Source of the DNA: Deltaproteobacteria bacterium
GTDB taxonomy: Bacteria > Myxococcota_A > UBA9160 > SZUA-336
Direction: 5' to 3'
NCBI GenBank assembly: GCA_016875225.1
Contig: VGRW01000008.1
Coordinates: 12,960 to 76,959 of the forward strand
Length of the DNA stretch: 64,000 nt
The translations under genes and the position numbers were made by a program. Below, one piece after another: positions 38,011-46,358 of this stretch; position 1 is the stretch's first letter; every line of letters starts with the position of its first letter. Below the pieces are notes generated by a model. It was not told where the DNA came from and searched no databases. It was given only the letters and a program-made list of their open reading frames with translations.

Positions 38011-38841
38011 ATGATGGAGTCGTCGCCCGTGCTTCGCTTCGAGAACCTCGAGCAGTACCTGCTGCTGAAGAACGGGAATTTCCTCTACAAGGTGCCCTAC
38101 CAGGGCGGCTTCGCGGTGCTGAAGGTCTACTACGGAAGCCTGCCGATGTGGCGCTACCGCTGGAAGAGCGCGGGGAACCTGCTGGTCGCCAACCAGACCG
38201 CGGTCATGCCCTGGTCGAGGCGCAAGACCGAGCTCGACTGCATCCGGCTCTGGCGCGAGGCTGGATTTCGCGTCTTCAACGTCTACTACGACCGCGTAGA
38301 GGGCCTGCCGCCGGACGGCTACGCGCTCTTCGAATGGGTCGACGCGCCGCGCTTCGTCAACTACTTCGCCGACCGGACCATCCCGATCGCGACCCGGCTC
38401 GAAACGTGGCGTCGCTTCCTGCCGGTCTGGCACCGGCGCCATCGATTCGCCGTGGAGCGCCGCGAGCCGCGCTTCGTGCACGAGAACGGCGATCTGAAGC
38501 ACGTGATGATCGTCGGCGACGAGTTCCTGTTCTTCGACTTCGAGACCTGCTTCCGCTCGCGCGATCGCGTGAAGGAGATCGTCGCGCGCGAGATCCTCTG
38601 CTACCTGAAGTCGATGGCGCGAACCGTCCACGACGAGTTCGACACGTTTCTCGAGGAGACCGTCGCGCACTATCCGGGCCGCGATCTGCTCACCTACACG
38701 CGCGAGTTCGCCTTCGCCGATCCGAATCCGCTGGTGCGCTTCGGCCGCAAGCTCGACCTGGCCTTCCGCGAACGCGCCCAGAAGAGCTCGTCGAAGTACC
38801 GCATCGCCGCGCGCCTGGACACCATGCTGGGCCGCGGATGA
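38011..38841 (+). CDS. protein-kinase-like fold protein (Kdo/WaaP/RIO-type atypical kinase-like)
   Basis: AVLKVYYG (VAIK-like Lys), hinge EWVD, HENGDLKHVMIV catalytic-loop-like segment, FFDFE (DFG equivalent). Confidence 0.6.
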   Translation: MMESSPVLRFENLEQYLLLKNGNFLYKVPYQGGFAVLKVYYGSLPMWRYRWKSAGNLLVANQTAVMPWSRRKTELDCIRLWREAGFRVFNVYYDRVEGLPPDGYALFEWVDAPRFVNYFADRTIPIATRLETWRRFLPVWHRRHRFAVERREPRFVHENGDLKHVMIVGDEFLFFDFETCFRSRDRVKEIVAREILCYLKSMARTVHDEFDTFLEETVAHYPGRDLLTYTREFAFADPNPLVRFGRKLDLAFRERAQKSSSKYRIAARLDTMLGRG

Positions 38842-39677
38842 CTTCGGGCGTCGGCATGCCGATCCGCGTCGCCGGTCTCGACGGAACCCTGCTCGCGATC
38901 TCCAGAAGAGGCGACGGCCGACACCAGGTGGTTTCGACACAGATTCAAGGCAGACCCGTGATCGTCAAGTTGTACGGGCGCAAGCGGACGCGATTCCCGA
39001 CGCTGGCGCGCGCGTTCGGCCACCGCTTTCTGGTCGCGAAGACGGGCCTGGCCGCGCGCACGCGGCGCGACACCGACGCCAGGATTCTCGGACTCTGGCG
39101 GTGGCATGGTTTCGCCGTTCCCGAGATCCTCGATCTTCCGCTTCCCGAATCGGACGATCGGCCCTATCTCGTCCTGGAGCGGATCGACGGCGAGACGGTT
39201 CGCTCGGAGCTTCGCGATGCCCGCTTTTCGATCGAGCGACTCGAAGCGGGGCTTTCCCGCTTCGGCGCCGAGTGGTGCCGCCGACACGCGCTCGCCGAGA
39301 GGCTGCGCGAGCCGGGCTTGATCCAGGCGCATCCCGGCTTCGAACATCTGATCGATCGCGCCGGCGAGTGGGTGAGCTTCGACTTCGAGTACGCCTACAC
39401 CGACCCACGGCGGGTCGAGACGCTGATCGCGGTCGAGATCGCGGGCTTCGTGGCGTCGCTTCAGCGCGCGGCCGGCGCGCGGGCAGGGGCCCTGCTCGGT
39501 GTGCTCGTCGCGGCCTACCCGGACCGCGATCGCCTGGCGCGCGTCAGACACTCCGCGCTGGTCGGGCGCTTTCCGGCGGTCGACGCGCTCACCTCGCTGG
39601 TTCCCGCACTGCGCTCGCGCGGTCCCCGCAGGATCCGCTCGAGCGTCGGCGCGCTCTCGAGAGCGCTCGCGGGCTAG
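38838..39677 (+). CDS. paralogous kinase-like protein, possibly a degenerate pseudokinase
   Basis: Same architecture (VIVKLYGRK… EWVSFDFEYA). The catalytic-loop position reads HPGFEHLIDR, lacking the conserved Asp. ATGA overlap with the upstream paralogue. Confidence 0.55.
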   Translation: MTSGVGMPIRVAGLDGTLLAISRRGDGRHQVVSTQIQGRPVIVKLYGRKRTRFPTLARAFGHRFLVAKTGLAARTRRDTDARILGLWRWHGFAVPEILDLPLPESDDRPYLVLERIDGETVRSELRDARFSIERLEAGLSRFGAEWCRRHALAERLREPGLIQAHPGFEHLIDRAGEWVSFDFEYAYTDPRRVETLIAVEIAGFVASLQRAAGARAGALLGVLVAAYPDRDRLARVRHSALVGRFPAVDALTSLVPALRSRGPRRIRSSVGALSRALAG

Positions 39678-39695
39678 CGCCCGGAGGCGCAGACC

Positions 39696-40634
39696 TCAGC
39701 GGCCCTGCCACCCGTGCGCGGCGCTGCGCGCGAGTCTGACGCCGGTCGGCCCGGCGAAGGCGGCTCCGTGGCGTCGGTCGCAGCGCGCCAGGTCTCCGTC
39801 GAGCGTGTAGACCCCGCCGCGCGTCACCCGGTAGCTCCCGTAATCCGGGTCCGCGAACTTCGAGCCCGGGTAGGGTCGGTACAGATCGGCGACGATCTCC
39901 TCGACGTTCCCCGCCATGTCGAGCGCGCCGCAGGGCGAGGCGCCGTCGGGATAGACACCAACGGGTGTCGTGCCCCCGATCCCGCCCTCGCGCGTGTTGC
40001 AGCGCGAAGCCGAGAACGCCTCGCCCCACGGGTGTGCGCGCGCGTCGGTGCCCCGCGCGGCCCGCTCCCACTCGGGCTCGGTCGGCACCCGGAAGGTGGT
40101 TCCGGTTTGCTCCGAGAGCCATTCCACGTAGAGCAGGATCGCTTGCCACGACACGCCGAACACCGGGTGGTTCGCGCGGCCGCGCGCGGGCACGCCGCTC
40201 GGCCAGTGCGCGGGGATCTCGTCGACGCCCGTCTCCGCCAGGAAACGCGCCCACTCCGCTTCGGTCACGGGATGGACGGCGATCTCGAACGCGTCGAGCT
40301 CCACCTGGCGGCGCGGCGTCGACTTCTCGAACCACGCCTCCGGAACGTTCCACCTCCGCGCGAGCTCGGCCACCTCGGCAAGGTCGGTGCCCATCCAGAA
40401 GCGGCCCGCAGGCACTCGGCACATCCGCGGCCGGAGCGGATCGATCCGCGGATCGCCGATCAGGCCGAGCGCGGTTCCCGCGGAGATTCGCGCCAGCAGG
40501 GGCTCTGAAACATCTGCGACGAACGCGAGCAGCGGCTCGAGCAGCCGCTCGCGGGCACTCGGCGCGAGGCGCGCGAGCACGGCTTCGATCTGCGGCAGCC
40601 GGTTCGAGAGCAGGCCCGGGTCGATCGCGTCCAC
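39696..40634 (-). CDS. formylglycine-generating-enzyme (FGE/SUMF1) family protein
   Basis: …RMCRVPAGRFWMGTD…HPVTEAEWARFLAETG…HPVFGVSWQAILLYVEWLS…GNVEEIV…YRVTRGG… are FGE-sulfatase domain signatures. GTG start chosen at VDAIDPG. The R-rich N-terminal extension is rejected. Confidence 0.6.
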   Translation of the reverse strand: MDAIDPGLLSNRLPQIEAVLARLAPSARERLLEPLLAFVADVSEPLLARISAGTALGLIGDPRIDPLRPRMCRVPAGRFWMGTDLAEVAELARRWNVPEAWFEKSTPRRQVELDAFEIAVHPVTEAEWARFLAETGVDEIPAHWPSGVPARGRANHPVFGVSWQAILLYVEWLSEQTGTTFRVPTEPEWERAARGTDARAHPWGEAFSASRCNTREGGIGGTTPVGVYPDGASPCGALDMAGNVEEIVADLYRPYPGSKFADPDYGSYRVTRGGVYTLDGDLARCDRRHGAAFAGPTGVRLARSAAHGWQGR

Positions 40635-40795
40635 GCCGCGCAAAGTCCGCCATCGCCATGTGCCGCGCAAGCGCGCTCGCCTTGACGGGCGCCCGGCGCG
40701 ATGGCATCGCAGAGCGAAGGGGGGAACGTGCACGAAGCAGGTTCGGGATCGACGGCGCTGCGCCGCGCGGCGCTCCGGCTCCGCAGCGCGCGCTG

Positions 40796-40900
40796 CCGTG
40801 GGACGTCGCGATGGCCGCCGTCTACCTGGCCAGCGAGGCGGGCGTGCGCGTGAACGGCGCCTGTCTCGACGTGCACGGCGTGGGATTCCTCGCGTCATGA
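40796..40900 (+). pseudogene. probable remnant of an SDR-family gene (C-terminal 35 codons only)
   Basis: …PWDVAMAAVYLASEAGVRVNGACLDVHGVGFLAS* matches the SDR C-terminal consensus (P.DVA.AV.FLASd.as.itG..l.VdGG). Nothing SDR-like lies upstream of it. Its stop overlaps the ATG of the next gene. Confidence 0.3.
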
Positions 40901-41790
40901 AGCGGACGCGGGCCGCGCTTCCCTGGCTGGCCGCCGCAGCGATCCTCGCGATCCTGTTCGCGCGCGTCGATCGCGAGGCGACGCTCGCCGCGCTCGGGGC
41001 CGCGAAGCTCGGCGCCTATGCGCCGGTCGCGATCCTGTTCACCGCCGTCTGGCTCGCGCTCGACGCGTTCGTGCTGCGCGGGGTGTTCGCGCGGGTGGGC
41101 GCTTCGCTCTCGTTCCGGGAGATGGCGCTGGCGCGCGCCGCGACGTACCCGTGGATGGTCGTCTCGTTCGATCTGGCGAACGTCGCGCTCGTGGCGGGTC
41201 TGCGGCGCAGCACCGGCGCAGCGGTGTCGAGCCTCTCCGCGGCCATGCTCGCGCACTACGCCTGCGATCTGGTCGCGCTGGCGACGGTCGCGTCGCTCGG
41301 CTCGCTCTCCGCAGGCGGGACCGTCGCGATCCTGCTGCGGCCGATCCTGCTCGGGATCGCGGCCGTCGCGTCCGGGGTCCTGATCGCGGCGCGACTCGGC
41401 GTCGCGCGCTTCGGCCGAGGCAAGCTCGCCGCAGCGGTGGCCGGGTTCCGCGCTCGGGACCTGCTGCGAGTGGTCGCGCTTCGCGGTCTGTTCTACGCGA
41501 GCTTCGCGCTCTTCGTCTGGCTCACGCTTCCGTGCTTCGCGCTCGAGGTGCCGTTCCTCGACGTGCTCGCGCGAATGCCGCTGGTGCAGAGCGTCGCGGC
41601 GCTGCCGATCTCGCCCGCCGGGATCGGCACCGCCCAGGCCGCCATGCTCGCGCTCTTCGCTGGCTTCGGCCCCGCGTCGAGCTGGCTTGCGTACTCGCTC
41701 GTCTACGGACTGACTCTGGTGCTGCTGCGGCTGCCGATCGGATTCGCGGTCTGGGGAAGGAACGCGCTCGAGGTGCCGCGTGGCGCGTGA
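40897..41790 (+). CDS. integral membrane protein (lysylphosphatidylglycerol-synthase-TM / UPF0104 flippase-like family)
   Basis: About 8 TM helices, LPG_synthase_TM-like pattern. Start at MKRTRAALPWLAAAAILAILFARV. Confidence 0.6.
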   Translation: MKRTRAALPWLAAAAILAILFARVDREATLAALGAAKLGAYAPVAILFTAVWLALDAFVLRGVFARVGASLSFREMALARAATYPWMVVSFDLANVALVAGLRRSTGAAVSSLSAAMLAHYACDLVALATVASLGSLSAGGTVAILLRPILLGIAAVASGVLIAARLGVARFGRGKLAAAVAGFRARDLLRVVALRGLFYASFALFVWLTLPCFALEVPFLDVLARMPLVQSVAALPISPAGIGTAQAAMLALFAGFGPASSWLAYSLVYGLTLVLLRLPIGFAVWGRNALEVPRGA

Positions 41791-42745
41791 GTCGCGAAGC
41801 CGCCGCTGGCTCGTCGCGCCGCTTGCGCTCGTCGCCGGCTGCAGCCTCTCGGTTCCGTTCGCGGACGACCTGCTGTTCAGCCTGGACAAGCAGCAGCTCC
41901 CCGTCGCCGAGGACTGCCGCCGCTGTCACTCCGAGGTGGTCGAGGAGTGGTCCGACTCGCCGCACGCGGTCGCCTGGACCTCGAAGCAGTTCGCCGCGCT
42001 CACGGCGGATCACTCGGCCGAGGCGTGCGTCGGCTGTCACGCGCCCGCTCCGCTCGGGCCCAAGGGTGAGATCGCGCTTCGCGCGGATCACCGCGAGGAG
42101 GGAGTGACCTGCGTGAGCTGTCACCTGATGCCGGACGCGGCCCCGCTCACCATGCGCGGCCCGCACGCGCGAACCTCTCCGGTCGAGGTGCACCCGATCG
42201 CGGTCGACGAGCTCTTCGCCAAGCCCGAGCTCTGCGGCACCTGCCACGAGGCGGCGCTCGAGCAGTACCGCGAGTCGCCGGCCAGGCGCGACGGCTCGGA
42301 GAAGGAGACCTGTCAGGGCTGCCACATGCCGTCGGTGCACCGCACGATCGAGAGCTACGACGCGTCCCGGCCGTACTCGCGCGTGCTCGTCGCGCTGGGC
42401 AGCCCGATCGACGGACGCCGCCATCGCTTCGGCGTTCCGCTCGAGCCCTGGGAGGACATCGAGCTCGTCGCGCGCCGCGAGGGCGAGCGCTGGATCGTCG
42501 ACGTGAGAAACGGCCTGCCGCACGCGCTTCCGACCGGCAATTTCGGTCCGCGCGAGGTGCGGCTTAGCGCCGGCGACGATGTGATCCGGCTCCGCGCGGC
42601 GCTGGACCAGGCGATTCCCGCGGGAGCGGAGCGTCGCTTCGAGCTCCGGGCGGGCCCCGAGAGCGAGGTCGTGCTGGAGCGGCGCGACCCGCGCAGCGGC
42701 AGTTACGAGCGGCTGGCCCCGAAGCCGGCGCAGGGGCCGAAGTGA
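41780..42745 (+). CDS. pentahaem c-type cytochrome lipoprotein
   Basis: Lipobox LALVAGCS. Five CxxCH motifs (CRRCH, CVGCH, CVSCH, CGTCH, CQGCH). Confidence 0.8.
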   Translation: MARESRSRRWLVAPLALVAGCSLSVPFADDLLFSLDKQQLPVAEDCRRCHSEVVEEWSDSPHAVAWTSKQFAALTADHSAEACVGCHAPAPLGPKGEIALRADHREEGVTCVSCHLMPDAAPLTMRGPHARTSPVEVHPIAVDELFAKPELCGTCHEAALEQYRESPARRDGSEKETCQGCHMPSVHRTIESYDASRPYSRVLVALGSPIDGRRHRFGVPLEPWEDIELVARREGERWIVDVRNGLPHALPTGNFGPREVRLSAGDDVIRLRAALDQAIPAGAERRFELRAGPESEVVLERRDPRSGSYERLAPKPAQGPK

Positions 42746-43380
42746 CTCCGCGCCGCGTGCCGCGCTTCGGCCGGACCACGCGTTGGTTCCACTGGACCTT
42801 CGCGCTCGCGTTCCTCACGCTCGCGTCGAGCGGGGCGCTTCTGCTCGCGCGTGCGGAGCTGGGTCTTTCGGGCGTCTGGATCGCCCGCCTGATCGAGACC
42901 CACAAGATCGCGGGCGTGGTGATCCTGACCGCGCCCTGGCTGATCGGTCTGTCCGGCGACCGGCGCGCCTGGCTCGCGGATCTGTCCGAGACCGCGCGGC
43001 TCGGGCGCGACGATCTGGTCTGGCTCGTGAAGCAGCCGCTCGCGATGCTGGGCCGCGCCGAGCTCCCCGCGCAGCACAAGCTGAACGCCGGGCAGAAGCT
43101 GAACGCGCTCGCGGTCGCCGCGATCTCGGGAGCGATGATCGCGACCGGAATGCACCTGTGGTGGGAGCCCGGCTCCTTCTTCGCGCTGGTCGTGCACGTG
43201 AGCGGCTTCCTGGCCTGGATCCCCGCGTTCGCCGTGCACCTGTTCATGGCGCTGATCAATCCGAGCACGCGCCCGGCGCTGCGCGCGATGGTCCGCGGCG
43301 ACGTCGATCGCGACTGGGCGGCGCACCACCATTCGCGCTGGCTCGATTCGGTCGAGCGCGACGGGCGGGGCGAGCCGTGA
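42742..43380 (+). CDS. cytochrome b subunit (Ni/Fe-hydrogenase / FdnI / PhsC-type b561 family)
   Basis: RFGRTTRWFHWTFALAFL… plus four TM helices with conserved His. Confidence 0.7.
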   Translation: MTPRRVPRFGRTTRWFHWTFALAFLTLASSGALLLARAELGLSGVWIARLIETHKIAGVVILTAPWLIGLSGDRRAWLADLSETARLGRDDLVWLVKQPLAMLGRAELPAQHKLNAGQKLNALAVAAISGAMIATGMHLWWEPGSFFALVVHVSGFLAWIPAFAVHLFMALINPSTRPALRAMVRGDVDRDWAAHHHSRWLDSVERDGRGEP

Positions 43381-44786
43381 GACTCCGACTGGTCCTGCTC
43401 GCGGCGATCGTGCTCGTGCCCGCGCTGCTCGCGCTACTGCTCCTGCGCTCGGGCGCGCGAAGCGACGCGGCGCCGGTCGAGAAGCCGGCGCTCGAGTCGG
43501 CCCCCGAGCCGGGAATCGTCGCCGCGGCGGACCGTCTTCTCGGCGGCGCGCTCGATCCCGGCCCGCTCTCCGCGGCGCACGCGGATCTAGCAGGTGTGGG
43601 GAGCTGTCTCGACTGCCACGGCAGCGCGAGTCACGTGATCGACGCGCGCTGCGTCGCCTGCCACCAGGAGATCGGCGCCCGCGCGCAGCGGAAGCTCGGC
43701 TGGCACGCGACGTTCGAGGAGCCGTGCCGGACCTGCCACGCGGAGCACCGCGGCGCGGACGCCGAGCTGATCGATTTCGAGCGCGATTCGTTCCAGCACG
43801 ACCTGTCGCGTTTTCCGCTTCGCGGCGAGCACCAGACGGCAAAGTGCGAGGACTGCCACCTCGCGCTGCCGGCGTCGGGCCGGGCGGAGAAGGTCTTCCA
43901 CTACCAAGGCGTGCCGTTCGCGAGCTGCACCGACTGTCACGTCGATCCGCACGCGGGCGGCCCGCGCGCGCCGGAGAACCTGGGGAAGATCCGCCAGGTC
44001 GCGCTCGACGAGTCCGCGCCCGCGCTCGCGGCGCGCGATCCCGAGCACCCGCTCGCGGCCCGCGACTGCGCGACCTGCCATCGCGAGTCGGGCTTTCGCG
44101 CGGCGCAGCTTCGCCGCGGCAGCTTCGACCACGACGCCGACACGCACTTCTCGCTCCGCGGCGCGCACGCTTCGGTCGCCTGCGACAGCTGTCACACCGA
44201 AGAGCGACGCAAACAGGAGCGGAAGTCCGGCACGGCGCCCGGTCGCGCCGCCGATCCCGACTGCGCGACCTGCCACGAGGATCCGCACCGCGGCAAGATG
44301 CGCTCCGAGAACGGCTGCCGCTCCTGTCACTCCGAGTCGGGCTGGAGCCAGGACTTCGACCACGCCCGCGACACGCGCTTCGAGCTCGACGACCTGCACG
44401 CGAAGCTGGACTGCGGCGCCTGCCACGCGGACCAGAGCTTCCGCGCGCAGGGGCGCGAGTGCAGGGACTGTCACCAGGATGCCGAGCGGCTCCTCGCCGG
44501 GCGCTTCGGGGATTCCCCCGTCGAGCCGGACGTGCACGCGGAGGGCGTCGCCTGCGCCGACTGCCATGGACCGACGCGCGCCGCGAACCGCCCGGCCGCG
44601 CTCGCGGCTCGCTGCGTCGAGTGCCACACGCCGGAGTTCGCGGACCTGCTCTCGACCTGGACCTCGAAGCTCGACGCGCTCGCGTCGCGATCCTCGCTCG
44701 ACCCGGAGCTCGCGGAGCGACTCCGCCGCAGCGGTCCGCACAACTTCGCGCTCGCGCGCAAGCTTCTCGGCGAGTCGCCGCGCTAG
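43377..44786 (+). CDS. multihaem c-type cytochrome (about 13 CxxCH)
   Basis: CLDCH, CVACH, CRTCH, CEDCH, CTDCH, CATCH, CDSCH, CATCH, CRSCH, CGACH, CRDCH, CADCH, CVECH. N-terminal TM/signal anchor. GTG start overlaps the upstream stop. Confidence 0.8.
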   Translation: MRLRLVLLAAIVLVPALLALLLLRSGARSDAAPVEKPALESAPEPGIVAAADRLLGGALDPGPLSAAHADLAGVGSCLDCHGSASHVIDARCVACHQEIGARAQRKLGWHATFEEPCRTCHAEHRGADAELIDFERDSFQHDLSRFPLRGEHQTAKCEDCHLALPASGRAEKVFHYQGVPFASCTDCHVDPHAGGPRAPENLGKIRQVALDESAPALAARDPEHPLAARDCATCHRESGFRAAQLRRGSFDHDADTHFSLRGAHASVACDSCHTEERRKQERKSGTAPGRAADPDCATCHEDPHRGKMRSENGCRSCHSESGWSQDFDHARDTRFELDDLHAKLDCGACHADQSFRAQGRECRDCHQDAERLLAGRFGDSPVEPDVHAEGVACADCHGPTRAANRPAALAARCVECHTPEFADLLSTWTSKLDALASRSSLDPELAERLRRSGPHNFALARKLLGESPR

Positions 44787-44818
44787 CCGGACGCCGCGCG
44801 AAGCGGGATACTCGCCGC

Positions 44819-45880
44819 ATGAACGAGCCAGGCAAGGGCGCGGGCCTCGTCGTCGCGCGCGTGCTCGTTGGCCTGGCGCTGCTCGTGGCCACGCTCTGGG
44901 TGCTGCGGCCGTTCCTCGTGCCGGGAGCCTGGGCGGCCATCACCGCGTACGTGACCTGGCCGGTCTACGCGCGGGCGCGCGCGCTCACCAAGCGCCCGGC
45001 GCTCACGGCGGGCTTCTTCACGCTCGTGCTGGCCGCGATCGTCGCGATTCCAGTCGGCTGGCTGCTGGTGGTGCTGGCCACCGAGGCCACGCAGGTGGCG
45101 GCGCAGCTTCGCGACTGGGCCGCGCAGGGGGGGCCGTTCCCCGAGTTCGTGACCGCTCGACCCTGGCTCGACTCGCGCCTGCAGGAGCTGCGCGAGAACA
45201 CGCTCTTCGGCCACGCGGGGCTCGGCGAGTGGATCGGCCGCTACGGCAGCGACCTGTCGTCGCGCGCGGTCACGATCACGGGCGGCATCGCGCGCAACCT
45301 GCTCGACTTCCTGATCACGATCGTCGTGCTCTTCGCGCTCTACCTGGACGGCGAGCGCGTCGGCACGCAGGCGCGGCGCCTGGCCGTGCTGCTGATGCCG
45401 AGCAACGACCCCGGCCTAGTCGACCACGTGGGCGCGATCGTGCGTGCGGTGGTCTTCGGCCTGCTCGGCACCGCGATCGTGCAAGGGGCGCTCGCGGGGC
45501 TCGGCTTCTGGGTGCTGGACGTGCCGTCGGCCGTCTTCCTCGGCTTCGCGACCGTGCTGACGGCGCTGCTGCCGGGCGGCCCGGCCATCATCTGGGGCGC
45601 GACCTGCGTCTGGCTCTACTTCGAGGGCCGCGTCGGCGCGACGATCGCGCTCGCCCTCTACGGCGCGCTGATCGTCAGCACCGTCGACAACTTCCTGCGC
45701 CCGCTCCTGATCAGCGGCTCGACGCGCATCCCGTTCCTGCTCGTCTTCCTCGGCGTGCTCGGCGGCCTGGCCAGCCTTGGCCTGCTCGGAATGTTCGTCG
45801 GCCCCGTCCTCCTCGCCGTCGGCTTCGGCCTGCTCGCCGAGTTCCCGGACCGCGTCGCGCCGCGCGCGGCCGGCGAGTAG
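44819..45880 (+). CDS. AI-2E family transporter (PerM/YhhT-like)
   Basis: 8-TM pattern, …WAAITAYVTWPVY… typical UPF0118/AI-2E. Confidence 0.8.
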   Translation: MNEPGKGAGLVVARVLVGLALLVATLWVLRPFLVPGAWAAITAYVTWPVYARARALTKRPALTAGFFTLVLAAIVAIPVGWLLVVLATEATQVAAQLRDWAAQGGPFPEFVTARPWLDSRLQELRENTLFGHAGLGEWIGRYGSDLSSRAVTITGGIARNLLDFLITIVVLFALYLDGERVGTQARRLAVLLMPSNDPGLVDHVGAIVRAVVFGLLGTAIVQGALAGLGFWVLDVPSAVFLGFATVLTALLPGGPAIIWGATCVWLYFEGRVGATIALALYGALIVSTVDNFLRPLLISGSTRIPFLLVFLGVLGGLASLGLLGMFVGPVLLAVGFGLLAEFPDRVAPRAAGE

Positions 45881-45896
45881 CGCGCGCGGCGCGAGC

Positions 45897-46358
45897 TCAC
45901 GTCGTCGGAAAGAGCCGGATCTGATCGGGCCCCTGGTAGCGGCCGTCGAGCCAGATGCGCTCGAGGCGGCGCGAGCAGATGCGGAAGCCGTCGCGGGTGC
46001 GCACGAGCTCGTCGTCGTAGCGGCTGCCCTCGGTGACCAGGACCTCTTCGCCCGAATCGATCCGCACCTGAACGTGCGTGCCGGTCAGGTAGGAGCTGCA
46101 GCGCACGACGTCGCCCGCGAGCTCGACAAGCGGGTTGGTGATCACGTGCTGCGTGGACTTGAAGATCGACATCGCGTGCGCGAGCCAGCCGGCGAGCTCG
46201 GGGAAGCGCAGATCGATGCCGCCGGCGACCGCGTAGTGGATCCGCGCGTCGGGCGTGAAGACGCGCTCGAGCGCCTTCCAGTCCTTGGCGTCGATCGCGA
46301 CTGCGTAGCGGTAGAGGAGCTGCGTGATCTCGATCGTGTCTTCCGCGTCGCCGCGCAT
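45897..46358 (-). CDS. NTF2-like (SnoaL/DUF4440-type) protein
   Basis: …ITQLLYRYAVAIDAKDWKALERVFTPDARIHY… is a classic SnoaL-like N-terminus. 153 aa. Confidence 0.6.
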   Translation of the reverse strand: MRGDAEDTIEITQLLYRYAVAIDAKDWKALERVFTPDARIHYAVAGGIDLRFPELAGWLAHAMSIFKSTQHVITNPLVELAGDVVRCSSYLTGTHVQVRIDSGEEVLVTEGSRYDDELVRTRDGFRICSRRLERIWLDGRYQGPDQIRLFPTT

